DNA from: an uncultured Candidatus Saccharibacteria bacterium
GTDB lineage: Bacteria > Patescibacteriota > Minisyncoccia > Phycocordibacterales > UBA2100
Direction of reading: 5' to 3'
DNA length: 64,000 nucleotides
NCBI GenBank assembly: GCA_964654205.1
Contig: CAZZHR010000002.1
Coordinates: 65,800 to 129,799 of the forward strand
Shown: in pieces, positions 1-7,875 of the stretch
How the letters are laid out: each line of letters begins with the position of its first letter
Numbering within the stretch: position 1 is the stretch's first letter
The notes under the pieces: model-generated
What the model was told of the DNA's origin: nothing
What the model saw: the letters and a program-made list of their open reading frames with translations, nothing else
The model's database searches: none
Translations under genes and position numbers: made by a program

Positions 1-99
1 AAGTGCCCGATTGCGGTGCCGCTTGAACGTGCATCCGCAATTACCTCACGAAGCGTGCGCATGTCGCCCAGTATACCGCATCGATAAAAGGTCACGTGG

Positions 100-105
100 T
101 ACAAT
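100..105 (+). promoter_or_regulatory. -10 box TACAAT, preceded by TGG, 6 nt before ATG 112 (leaderless geometry)
   Basis: The sequence reads tggTACAATccgctcATG. The same -10/N6-7/start layout recurs at many genes in this window. Confidence 0.4.
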
Positions 106-111
106 CCGCTC

Positions 112-1101
112 ATGCAATACGATGTCCTTGCCATCGGCGATCCCGTTATTGACTGCTTTATCAGACTGAAAGACGCGAAAGTCCACTGCAACATCGACAA
201 CGAGGACTGCGAGCTCTGCGTAAAATTCGGCCAAAAAATCCCCTTCGAATTCGCGGTCGAAGTGCCTGCGGTCGGCAATGCGTCGAATGCCGCTGTCGCG
301 TGCGCACGGCTCGGACTCGCATCCGCTTTCCGCGGTTCGGTGGGCGACGATGCCAACGGCCAGCTCATCATCGACACCTTCGCGAAAAACGGCGTCGCAA
401 CCGAACACATCGTGAAAGAGCCGGGCAAGGTGACGAATTACCACTACGTGCTCTGGTACGAGAGTGAGCGCACCATCCTCATCAAGCACGAGCACTTTAC
501 GTACTCGCTCCCGCAGCTCTCCGGTGCGCCGAAATGGATTTATCTCTCATCGCTCGGCGAAGGGACAGAAAAGTACCAGCACGAGATTGCTGCGTATGCG
601 CAAACGAGTGGTTCCAAACTCGCGTTCCAGCCCGGCACGTTCCAGATAAAACTCGGCGCCGACGAGCTCAAAGATATTTATGCGGCGGCAGAGATAAGCT
701 TCTGCAACAAAGAAGAGGCGCAGCAGATTTTGAAGACAGAGGAGAGCGACCTGAGAAAGCTGCTCGACGGAATGAGGAGCTTGGGTGTGAAGCAGATGGT
801 GATTACGGATGGCAGAAATGGCTCCTACGCGATGGATGAAAAGGGCTCCGCCTGGCACATACCCATGTATCCCGACCCGAAGCCGCCAGTGGAGCGCACC
901 GGCGCGGGCGATGCGACAGCCTCAACGACGGTCGCGTACCTGCTCAAAGGTCTTAGTCTCGAAGAAGCTCTCATGCGCGGGCTGATCAATTCGGCATACG
1001 TCGTGCAAGAAATAGGCGCGCAAAAAGGCCTGCTTACGCCGGAGCACATTGAGGAGCTCTACGCCGCCCGCCCCGCCGACTTTAAAGCAACGGCTCTCTA
1101 G
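112..1101 (+). CDS. PfkB-family carbohydrate/nucleoside kinase (ribokinase-like)
   Basis: 329-aa ORF. N-terminal VLAIGDPVID and GNASNAAV motifs plus the C-terminal TGAGDA anion-hole motif are typical of PfkB kinases. Confidence 0.88.
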   Translation: MQYDVLAIGDPVIDCFIRLKDAKVHCNIDNEDCELCVKFGQKIPFEFAVEVPAVGNASNAAVACARLGLASAFRGSVGDDANGQLIIDTFAKNGVATEHIVKEPGKVTNYHYVLWYESERTILIKHEHFTYSLPQLSGAPKWIYLSSLGEGTEKYQHEIAAYAQTSGSKLAFQPGTFQIKLGADELKDIYAAAEISFCNKEEAQQILKTEESDLRKLLDGMRSLGVKQMVITDGRNGSYAMDEKGSAWHIPMYPDPKPPVERTGAGDATASTTVAYLLKGLSLEEALMRGLINSAYVVQEIGAQKGLLTPEHIEELYAARPADFKATAL

Positions 1102-1117
1102 AGCCATTTTCCCAATA

Positions 1118-1145
1118 TTGACTACCCGTCTAGTCGTGGTATAAT
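1118..1145 (+). promoter_or_regulatory. sigma70-like promoter: TTGACT, 16-nt spacer, TGgTATAAT
   Basis: -35 TTGACT at 1118-1123 and an extended -10 tggTATAAT at 1137-1145, upstream of the 1171/1216 ORF. Confidence 0.55.
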
Positions 1146-1215
1146 TGCAAGAGCAGGGAGGCGTTGAACAGTGTGGTGGGTGTCACTCGATTTCTCGAAC
1201 CAACGAGGAACTGTG

Positions 1216-1869
1216 ATGCGTATCAAACTGTGGACTATCGAGGCCAGGTTCTTCCGCACCTCGATTCACATGTCTCATTTCTTTGGCGCGCTCATCTTCG
1301 CGATGATCGTGGGTCCGGGAATTGAGATGCAAAGGATCGCCGAGGCGAGAGCCGAGGCGGCCCGTGAGGCGCGACTCGTGCAACTCCGCAAGGACGAGCA
1401 CGAAATCACGTGTCTCACAAACGTTGCTCACCACGAAGCTCGTGGTGAGATGGTGGGCGTGCGCGAGCTGGTCGCAAAGACTGTGCTTGCAATCGCCGGC
1501 GACAGGATGTCGAAGCTGCCGAAGACCGTGTGCGAACTCGCCAGGGTCAAAGGCATGTTCTCGAACATCCGATACGTCGAGGAGCCGCGCTTCGCTGACG
1601 CGAAATGGGCGGCGATTCACGGGGAAATGAGCGAGGTCTACTACGGACCCCGTACACTTCCCCGCGGCTGGGGGTGCGTGCGTGGGTTCCGAGTCTCCGA
1701 CGACCAATTGGAGAAACTCGGTCCCAAGGCGCTCGCACAGCTGGGCTTCACGGTGAACGCGAAGGGATTGAAGTACTTCGCGGCACACCGAGTACCCGTC
1801 GACACTCGCGGTCGCATAACGTTTTATGCACCGCGAGGCGGGTGCAGCGATCCGACTCCAACGACATAG
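1216..1869 (+). CDS. membrane-anchored protein with a SleB/Hydrolase_2-like cell-wall hydrolase domain
   Basis: The motif LTNVAHHEARGEMVGVRELVAKTVLAI resembles the SleB-family core (AR-GE...vA.Vvlnr). There is an N-terminal hydrophobic helix. ATG 1216 has GAGGA 6 nt upstream. GTG 1171, with GGGAGG upstream, is an alternative start. A promoter lies upstream and a terminator downstream. Confidence 0.55.
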   Translation: MRIKLWTIEARFFRTSIHMSHFFGALIFAMIVGPGIEMQRIAEARAEAAREARLVQLRKDEHEITCLTNVAHHEARGEMVGVRELVAKTVLAIAGDRMSKLPKTVCELARVKGMFSNIRYVEEPRFADAKWAAIHGEMSEVYYGPRTLPRGWGCVRGFRVSDDQLEKLGPKALAQLGFTVNAKGLKYFAAHRVPVDTRGRITFYAPRGGCSDPTPTT

Positions 1870-1897
1870 TTCCTCCGGCCACGTGGCCGGAATTCCT

Positions 1898-1931
1898 GAC
1901 GGCGCCCTCGTGGCGCCGTCTTCTTTTTTTT
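1898..1931 (+). terminator. rho-independent terminator
   Basis: GACGGCGCC / GGCGCCGTC 9-bp stem followed by TTCTTTTTTTT. A second palindrome, CCGGCCACGTGGCCGG, lies just upstream. Confidence 0.75.
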
Positions 1932-1958
1932 GCATCCATGCCACTCTGAACCACATCC

Positions 1959-1992
1959 GTACCGATTCCTATCTATAGATAGGAATCGGTAC
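1959..1992. repeat. perfect 34-bp palindrome GTACCGATTCCTATCTA|TAGATAGGAATCGGTAC
   Basis: Read directly from the sequence. It lies in the intergenic region between convergent genes. Confidence 0.9.
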
Positions 1993-2012
1993 AGGCAGAT
2001 ACTGAAGTGAGT

Positions 2013-2046
2013 AGGGAACAGGGAGAATTAGGGAACCGGGAGAATA
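2013..2046 (+). repeat. tandem 17-nt direct repeat: AGGGAACAGGGAGAATT / AGGGAACCGGGAGAATA
   Basis: Two adjacent copies with 15/17 identity, in an intergenic region. Confidence 0.7.
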
Positions 2047-2091
2047 TGGAGACTCGGGGATTCGCATTTCTTAGACCAGGGCGCGGGCGCT

Positions 2092-3099
2092 CTACGTGCG
2101 CCCCCTTCGCGGGATTACATTCTTTACTGCCGCGACAATATCCTTGACGCCGAGTCCGTATGCCTCGATGAGTTCTGCGGCCGTGCCAGACTCCCCGAAC
2201 TCGTCTTGTACCGCGACGAACTCCATCGGTGTCGGGGCTTCGCGCGCGAGCACTTCCGCTATCGCGCCGCCCAGTCCCCCGTTGACCTGATGTTCTTCCA
2301 CAGAGACGACGCAGCCCGCACGCTTCGCTTCGCGCACGATGGTCTCCGCGTCGATTGGTTTTATCGTATGAATATTAGTGACCGTGACCTGCATTCCCTC
2401 TCCTTCTAGCTGCTTCGCAGCTTTGAGCGCACCATGGAGGAGCGAGCCGGTGGCAAAGAGTGCGACCTGCGGAGAATCTGACTGCCATAGAACATTTGCC
2501 TTGCCGAGTGTGAATGGTGTTTCTGGCGTCGTCATCTGCGGCATCTTTTCACGCTCGACGCGGATGTAGACCGGCGTGTTCGTCTTCGCTGCTGCGATGG
2601 TAGCCTTTTTCGCCTCCTCTGCATCACATGGCGAGAGCACTATCATATTGGGCATCGCTCTCATGAGCGCGAGGTCTTCGAGCATCTGGTGCGTCGCGCC
2701 ATCGGGTCCCGTGAGAAGCCCCGCATGGGAGCCGACTATTTTTACCGGCACGTTGTTGAGCGCGATGGTCGTGCGTATCTGCTCCCAGTTGCGCCCGGGT
2801 GAGAACGCCGCGTACGAGGTGCAAAACGGGATTTTCCCGTAGTTCGCCATGCCCGAGGCCACCGTGACGAGATTTTGCTCCGCGACGCCCACTTGGATAA
2901 ACCGTGCAGGGAATTTTTTCGCGAAGAGGTCCATCTTCGTCGACTCAGTGAGGTCTGCCGAAAGCGCGACGATATTTTCATCCGCCTCGCCGGCTACGAC
3001 GAGTCCCTCGCCAAAACCCTGGCGCGTCGGGGAGAGCGTTCCGCCAGCCGGCGGAGCCCCCCAGATGTCCTCGCGCAGCTTCATTTCAGGATTCAACAT
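2092..3099 (-). CDS. transketolase, C-terminal subunit (pyrimidine-binding plus C-terminal domains)
   Basis: Motifs FIQVGVAEQN, GSHAG...GPDGATHQ and EDLALMRAMPNM. I trimmed the ORF to MLNPEMKL, 2 nt after the upstream gene's stop codon. Confidence 0.9.
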   Translation of the reverse strand: MLNPEMKLREDIWGAPPAGGTLSPTRQGFGEGLVVAGEADENIVALSADLTESTKMDLFAKKFPARFIQVGVAEQNLVTVASGMANYGKIPFCTSYAAFSPGRNWEQIRTTIALNNVPVKIVGSHAGLLTGPDGATHQMLEDLALMRAMPNMIVLSPCDAEEAKKATIAAAKTNTPVYIRVEREKMPQMTTPETPFTLGKANVLWQSDSPQVALFATGSLLHGALKAAKQLEGEGMQVTVTNIHTIKPIDAETIVREAKRAGCVVSVEEHQVNGGLGGAIAEVLAREAPTPMEFVAVQDEFGESGTAAELIEAYGLGVKDIVAAVKNVIPRRGRT

Positions 3100-3101
3100 A
3101 T

Positions 3102-3938
3102 TTATTGAGCTACCGCGCGCAACTCTTCGAGGAACTTCGGCGCCTCGTCCTTCGTCGGCGGTTTGCCGTGCCATTTGTAGTCGTTCTCGATACTCTTGAT
3201 GCCCTTCCCTGGCGTCACATGCGCGAGGATGAGCGTCGGCTTGTCCTGGATCGACTTCGCTTCATCGCACGCAGCGATGAACTGCGCGATGTTATGACCA
3301 TCTATCTCTACGACGTGCCAGCCGAATGCCTCGTACTTTGCCCGCATCGGCTCGAGCGACATCACGTCTTCTGTGTTCCCCTCTATCTGGATATTGTTGC
3401 GGTCCATGATGGCGACGAGGTTCGATAATCGATAGTGTCCGGCGAACATCGCGCCCTCCCACGTGTTGCCCTCTTGCTGCTCACCATCGGACATCGCGCA
3501 AAAAATACGGAACTTTTTGTTGTCCATCCGCGCGGCGTACGCATACCCCGCCGCTTGTGAGAGCCCGCTCCCGAGCGGTCCCGAGGTCGTTTCCACACCT
3601 GGCAACTTCTCTCGCTCTGGGTGCCCCTGGAGACGCGAACCGAACTTGCGGAGCGTCAGGCATTCTTCTACCGGAAAGTATCCCGCATGCGCCATCGTCG
3701 CGTAGCGAACCGGCGTGATGTGACCGTTGGAAAGAAACAGGCGGTCACGCTCCTCCCATTCGGGATTCTTCGGGTCGTTTTTGAGTACGTGGAAATAGAG
3801 TGCGGTGAAAATGTCCGTCATGCCTAAGGGGCCGGCTGTGTGCCCCGAACCTGCCGCCGCCAGCATTTCAATAATCGTCTGTCGAACCTTGTTAGCCTGC
3901 TGTTCCAGCCTCTGTATTTCGGCATCCGTAAGAGCCAT
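3102..3938 (-). CDS. transketolase, N-terminal subunit (TPP-binding)
   Basis: Motifs GSGHTAGPLGMTD, LSNGH and MSDGEQQEGNTWEG. Start trimmed to MALTDAEIQ. A TATAAT box lies 6 nt upstream. Confidence 0.9.
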   Translation of the reverse strand: MALTDAEIQRLEQQANKVRQTIIEMLAAAGSGHTAGPLGMTDIFTALYFHVLKNDPKNPEWEERDRLFLSNGHITPVRYATMAHAGYFPVEECLTLRKFGSRLQGHPEREKLPGVETTSGPLGSGLSQAAGYAYAARMDNKKFRIFCAMSDGEQQEGNTWEGAMFAGHYRLSNLVAIMDRNNIQIEGNTEDVMSLEPMRAKYEAFGWHVVEIDGHNIAQFIAACDEAKSIQDKPTLILAHVTPGKGIKSIENDYKWHGKPPTKDEAPKFLEELRAVAQ

Positions 3939-3944
3939 GACGCG

Positions 3945-3950
3945 ATTATA
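3945..3950 (-). promoter_or_regulatory. -10 box TATAAT 6 nt before ATG 3938 (leaderless geometry)
   Basis: The minus strand reads TATAATcgcgtcATG. The box overlaps the rpe stop codon. Confidence 0.4.
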
Positions 3951-4668
3951 CAGTCTCCGCGAGCACGGGGGGTGTGCATCCGCGCATGGCCCTCTCGTGG
4001 AGGCGAGCGAAGGCCTGGGCAGGATTGTCGCTCTTTGAGATTGCCGAGCCCACGCAGAGTCGATTTGCCCCGGCACGTACGAGGTCCTCGATGTTGGACT
4101 CCCCCACGCCACCGTCTACTGCCACCATGAGGTCGGGGTGTTTTGCATGCAGCTCTTCAACTCGTGAAAGCGCGGTGTCATTGAATGGCTGACCCTGGGG
4201 ACCAATCTTCGTTATAGACATCAGAAGCGCGTAATCAATAGCAGAAACAAATTCATCAATAGCAGCGAGTGGCGTATCAATCTTTAGCGCGAGACCAATC
4301 TCATTCGTTCCAGCACTGCGGCACAATGCGATTGTGCGCTGCACATCCTCTGCCGTGTCGAAGGATTCGACATGAAATACGATTCTCTTGAATCCAGCCT
4401 GAGCGAAGCACTCATAAACATCAAGATTCTGTTTTATCATCAAATGCAACTCCATCGAAACACTTCCTCCTAGCCTCAATTGCCGCAATTCCTCAAGCTG
4501 GGTCACATTGTTGAACGGCCATGTCTTTATATCTACGAACACGCCGTCGTCTATATCCACGTGCATCCAGTCGGTGTACGAACCGACGGATTGCACATAC
4601 GAAGCAACGTCGGACCACTCCCTCGGGACAACCGTCGGAAGTATGTGTGGGTCGCAAAGGTACCTCAT
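3946..4668 (-). CDS. rpe: ribulose-phosphate 3-epimerase family protein (divergent)
   Basis: Motifs HVDIDDGVFV, ELHLM, GLALKIDTP, LLMSI..GPQGQPF, VAVDGGV and VGSAI follow the RPE TIM-barrel pattern. Trimmed to MRYLCDP, next to the upstream stop. Confidence 0.78.
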   Translation of the reverse strand: MRYLCDPHILPTVVPREWSDVASYVQSVGSYTDWMHVDIDDGVFVDIKTWPFNNVTQLEELRQLRLGGSVSMELHLMIKQNLDVYECFAQAGFKRIVFHVESFDTAEDVQRTIALCRSAGTNEIGLALKIDTPLAAIDEFVSAIDYALLMSITKIGPQGQPFNDTALSRVEELHAKHPDLMVAVDGGVGESNIEDLVRAGANRLCVGSAISKSDNPAQAFARLHERAMRGCTPPVLAETV

Positions 4669-4670
4669 TT

Positions 4671-5126
4671 TTATTGTGGACCGACTCGGTAGCTGCCGGT
4701 TGGCTCCGTTGATGGAGAAGCACCTTCCGGTACATTGCACGTATCAGCGGGCGACGGTACGCTCGCTTCCATAACCGCACCAATGCAATACGAGACTACA
4801 GCAGAACCAATCGTGTACGGGGTGTAGTTGTAGTTGCTGCCCGTCGACGGGTCGGTAGGTACCTCTGAAATGTAGCTTGGCGCGAGACCCGCAAGAGCGC
4901 CTGGGTACGCGGGCAGTGACTGAGAAGAATAGTAGAGCTCGAGCGCGACTTGGAGCTGCTTGAGGTCCGAGATGCGACGCGTATCGCGCCCCTTCTCTCT
5001 CGCACTATTGAGTGATGCGAGCACAACAGAAGATAGGAGTCCGATGATAGCCACCACGACGAGAAGCTCTATGAGCGTGAACCCTCGCTGGGTGCTACGT
5101 CGCGATATGCGCAAATCTGTTGACAT
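4671..5126 (-). CDS. type IV pilin / pseudopilin with a prepilin N-terminal cleavage-methylation motif
   Basis: Leader MSTDLRISRRSTQRG followed by FTLIELLVVVAIIGLLSSVVL, i.e. the G|FTLIE motif with Glu at +5. Confidence 0.88.
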   Translation of the reverse strand: MSTDLRISRRSTQRGFTLIELLVVVAIIGLLSSVVLASLNSAREKGRDTRRISDLKQLQVALELYYSSQSLPAYPGALAGLAPSYISEVPTDPSTGSNYNYTPYTIGSAVVSYCIGAVMEASVPSPADTCNVPEGASPSTEPTGSYRVGPQ

Positions 5127-5129
5127 GAT

Positions 5130-5348
5130 TTATTGCGGAAGGAGAGGGGGCGCGTCAGAACCACCGGTATTGAATAAGAGAAACGCTCCGACGAGCGCCA
5201 GAACACCAATGCCGATGAGTGTATAGATGGCTGTCTGCCTGTCTCCCACGAGTCCCCACGATACGAGCTTGTCCGCAAAGTCGCCGCGTTCCGCAGCGGG
5301 CGGTCTCCCGAATTCGTCGTTGTTGCTGTCAAAACGCATGTCGCTCAT
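5130..5348 (-). CDS. small single-TM membrane protein, unknown function
   Basis: 72 aa with one hydrophobic helix (AIYTLIGIGVLALVGAFLLF). Its stop is 3 nt from the pilin start. A TATACT box lies 7 nt upstream of its ATG. Confidence 0.5.
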   Translation of the reverse strand: MSDMRFDSNNDEFGRPPAAERGDFADKLVSWGLVGDRQTAIYTLIGIGVLALVGAFLLFNTGGSDAPPLLPQ

Positions 5349-5355
5349 ACCATGA

Positions 5356-5361
5356 AGTATA
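5356..5361 (-). promoter_or_regulatory. -10 box TATACT 7 nt before ATG 5348
   Basis: The minus strand reads gggTATACTtcatggtATG. Confidence 0.4.
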
Positions 5362-5392
5362 CCCTGCGACAGGACAAATCAACACGGGTTGC

Positions 5393-5884
5393 TCACAGTT
5401 GCGTGTCGATGCTCGCGATTCGGCGCGCATGGCGTTCATCACCGGAAAAAGGGGCATCGAGCCAATCTTTGACGGCTTTCTTTGCATCGTCTATAGAGAG
5501 GAATCGGGCACCGAGGGAAAGTGCGTTCGCGTTGTTGTGCTCGCGCGTCGAGACTATCATGTTGAATGTCTTCCCTGCCGCATCGGTCTGTGTCGTGACG
5601 CCGCCGTAGTACACAACAGCGCGAACCCCCTTGAATCGGTTTGCGACGATGGCTTCACCTTGTCCCGAACCCCCCAAGATTACTGCTCTGCTGTCGAATC
5701 CACCCGCAACGTCGGCTGAAAGCTTCCGCGCAGCTCCGGCAACGATGCCGGGATAGTCGTCGGCCGCATCGTACGTGGATGCTCCGCAATCTTCTACCTC
5801 GTAGCCAAGCTCGTCTCGTACAAATGCCACGAGCGTATTTTTCAATTCGAACCCCGCGTGGTCTGCGGCGAAATAGACCTTCAT
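5393..5884 (-). CDS. rpiB: ribose-5-phosphate isomerase B (RpiB/LacA/LacB family)
   Basis: MKVYFAADHAGFELKN and ILGGSGQGEAIVANR are typical of RpiB. The start is 1 nt after the gap stop. Confidence 0.9.
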   Translation of the reverse strand: MKVYFAADHAGFELKNTLVAFVRDELGYEVEDCGASTYDAADDYPGIVAGAARKLSADVAGGFDSRAVILGGSGQGEAIVANRFKGVRAVVYYGGVTTQTDAAGKTFNMIVSTREHNNANALSLGARFLSIDDAKKAVKDWLDAPFSGDERHARRIASIDTQL

Positions 5885-5885
5885 A

Positions 5886-6905
5886 CTACAGTCGCTTCGC
5901 GACTTCACTCACATGCTCGACGAGCGTGTGCACATATCCCATCTCGTTGTCGTACCACGCGAGCACCTTCACGAGCGTGCCATCTACAACACGAGTCATC
6001 GAGAGGTCGGCGATAGAGCCAAATGGCAGTCCAAGGATGTCGCTCGAGACAAGCGGTTCTTCGCTCACAGCGAAGACTCGCTTCCACCTGTCGCTCTGTG
6101 CCGCTGCCTTCAGGGTGGCGTTCACTTCTTCGGCGCTCGTCGCGCGCTTGGCAACAAAAGTGACATCGACGAGAGAGCCCGCGGGTACGGGCACGCGCAC
6201 CGATACGCCGTCGAACTTTCCCGCAAGCTGCGGATATGCAAGCGCAGTCGCCTTCGCAGCACCGGTCGAGGTCGGCACCATATTGAGCGCAGCAGCACGG
6301 CTTTCGCGGAGATCTTTAGACTTGCCGCCATCTACGAGTGCCTGTGATGCGGTGTATGCGTGCGTCGTATTGAGAATCGCTCGCTCGATGCCTATCGCTT
6401 CATCCAAGATGCCCACGAGGGGTGATGCGGCGTTGGTTGTGCAGGAGGCATTCGATGAAATGTCACACGTGCCCTGGCCGGGCAGGCCGAATTTCGATTC
6501 GTTCGCCCCGATGAGTATGGTCTCAAGCCCATCGCCTTTCCCAGGTGCAGAGATGACGACTTTCTTTGCACCCGCGGTGATGTGTCCGCGCGCTTTTTCA
6601 GCATCGGTGAAGAAACCTGTCGATTCGACGACAATGTCGATGCCGAGGTCTTTCCATGGGAGTTTTTCAGGCTCTTTCTCTGCAGTTATACGCACGTTCC
6701 TCCCCCCTATCACGAGCCCGCCATCGCCCACTGCGACTTCGAATTTCGCCTTTCCATAGACAGAATCGTAGGTGAGGAGATACGCGAGGCTCTCCGCGGG
6801 GGTGAGGTCGTTGACCGCGACGAGTTCGAGGCCAGGCCTATCGTGTATCGCCCGCGCGAACCCCCTGCCAATCCTGCCAAATCCATTGATTGCAATTTTT
6901 GCCAT
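5886..6905 (-). CDS. gap: glyceraldehyde-3-phosphate dehydrogenase, type I
   Basis: MAKIAINGFGRIGR, the SNASCTTN catalytic-Cys motif and WYDNEMGY. I trimmed the 424-aa ORF to the conserved N-terminus. Confidence 0.95.
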   Translation of the reverse strand: MAKIAINGFGRIGRGFARAIHDRPGLELVAVNDLTPAESLAYLLTYDSVYGKAKFEVAVGDGGLVIGGRNVRITAEKEPEKLPWKDLGIDIVVESTGFFTDAEKARGHITAGAKKVVISAPGKGDGLETILIGANESKFGLPGQGTCDISSNASCTTNAASPLVGILDEAIGIERAILNTTHAYTASQALVDGGKSKDLRESRAAALNMVPTSTGAAKATALAYPQLAGKFDGVSVRVPVPAGSLVDVTFVAKRATSAEEVNATLKAAAQSDRWKRVFAVSEEPLVSSDILGLPFGSIADLSMTRVVDGTLVKVLAWYDNEMGYVHTLVEHVSEVAKRL

Positions 6906-6911
6906 GTGGCG

Positions 6912-6917
6912 AGTATA
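6912..6917 (-). promoter_or_regulatory. -10 box tggTATACT 6 nt before ATG 6905 (leaderless geometry)
   Basis: The minus strand reads gtggTATACTcgccacATG. Confidence 0.45.
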
Positions 6918-7116
6918 CCACCCGCGCACAGGTGCTCTTGGGGAGATTTCTGGTGTTATTCCGTAGCGGGTGTGGATGTCGCCCCAGACGGTTCTGATGC
7001 TTCGTTGCTCTCTTCCGATTCCGTCCCCTCGTTGGTATCGGAGTCCTCGGATTCGGTACTCGTTGCCGCAGATGGCTCTTCCGGCACCTCTACTTCCCCG
7101 GCGTTGGGGTCGAACA

Positions 7117-7632
7117 CTATGACAGTACGTTCCGCGAACGTCGAAAAAGAACGTACGCACCGAAAAGGAGTAGGGGTGTGAGGATCACACCGCCCACCAA
7201 ATACGGCGCAGGAAAAACACGTTCACCTTCGACGACAGTGATGGAGAACTCGTTCGCGGCAAGCTCCTCGCCGTCTGCCGTTCTGTAACTCACACTCAGC
7301 GCAAACGTACCCTGCTCTGGGAACGTGTAAAGGAGCGTGGTCGGGCCGAAAGTTTGGAAACGGACTCCGGTCGCAAGAAGTGTTTTTCGCTCTCTCATTA
7401 CCCTCACCCACACATGGTCGAAATGCTCGAACGCGAGGTCTTCTTCTGCTCGCAGTTCAAACTCAAACCGTGACGCGCGCCCGGCTTCGAACGTAGGCTC
7501 ATCGTAGCCAATATCAATGAAAAAAGGTGACGATGTGGCTTCGAGGGAGTATCCGAGCGAATGCGCATTGACTATCGAGTAGGGAGCTACCGCGAGGAAA
7601 AGCAGGAGGATGCAGAACAGCACACGCCGCAT
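7117..7632 (-). CDS. secreted / C-terminally anchored beta-sandwich-like protein, unknown function
   Basis: Signal peptide MRRVLFCILLLFLAVAPYSIVNA and a C-terminal TM (LVGGVILTPLLLFGAYVLF). A TAGACT box lies 7 nt upstream of the ATG. Confidence 0.6.
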   Translation of the reverse strand: MRRVLFCILLLFLAVAPYSIVNAHSLGYSLEATSSPFFIDIGYDEPTFEAGRASRFEFELRAEEDLAFEHFDHVWVRVMRERKTLLATGVRFQTFGPTTLLYTFPEQGTFALSVSYRTADGEELAANEFSITVVEGERVFPAPYLVGGVILTPLLLFGAYVLFRRSRNVLS

Positions 7633-7649
7633 GTCTGTCAGTCTATCAT

Positions 7650-7874
7650 TCAACGGTTCGCGTGCATCAGGCATTCCGCTCGGACGTACGGCGGAGTCGC
7701 GTCACAGAAATTCCTCAACCTCACAGTCTTTTGCGCATGCTGATGCAAGTCGACTTTTGCATGACCGAGTGCTGTGTCCATTATCCTGCGCGCCCACTCA
7801 AGCATGCGCGCAGCGAGTATCTCGCCGCTCTCGCGGATGAAGTGGGCAACAGCGCTGATAAAGGACTCGTTCAT
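7650..7874 (-). CDS. small hypothetical protein
   Basis: 74 aa. Its ATG is 1 nt after the stop of the upstream gene. There is no recognisable motif. Support comes only from the tight operon spacing. Confidence 0.35.
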   Translation of the reverse strand: MNESFISAVAHFIRESGEILAARMLEWARRIMDTALGHAKVDLHQHAQKTVRLRNFCDATPPYVRAECLMHANR

Positions 7875-7875
7875 A

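Noticed and set aside
1183-1956. 257-aa minus-strand ORF overlapping the SleB-like gene
   Set aside because: The plus-strand frame has a promoter, an SD, a TM, a hydrolase-like motif and a terminator. The minus frame has none of these and runs through the plus-strand terminator.
3939-4112. N-terminal extensions of many ORF-track entries, for example 3102-4112, 5886-7160, 2092-3174, 28623-31010 and 37867-39357
   Set aside because: The extensions run into or overlap the upstream gene and lack homology-type motifs. The conserved N-termini begin at internal ATGs that abut the upstream stop or a -10 box.
5641-6759. 372-aa plus-strand ORF
   Set aside because: It is entirely antisense to the well-supported GAPDH gene. 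Its Arg/Ser/Pro-rich composition is typical of shadow ORFs in GC-rich DNA, and it has no motif.
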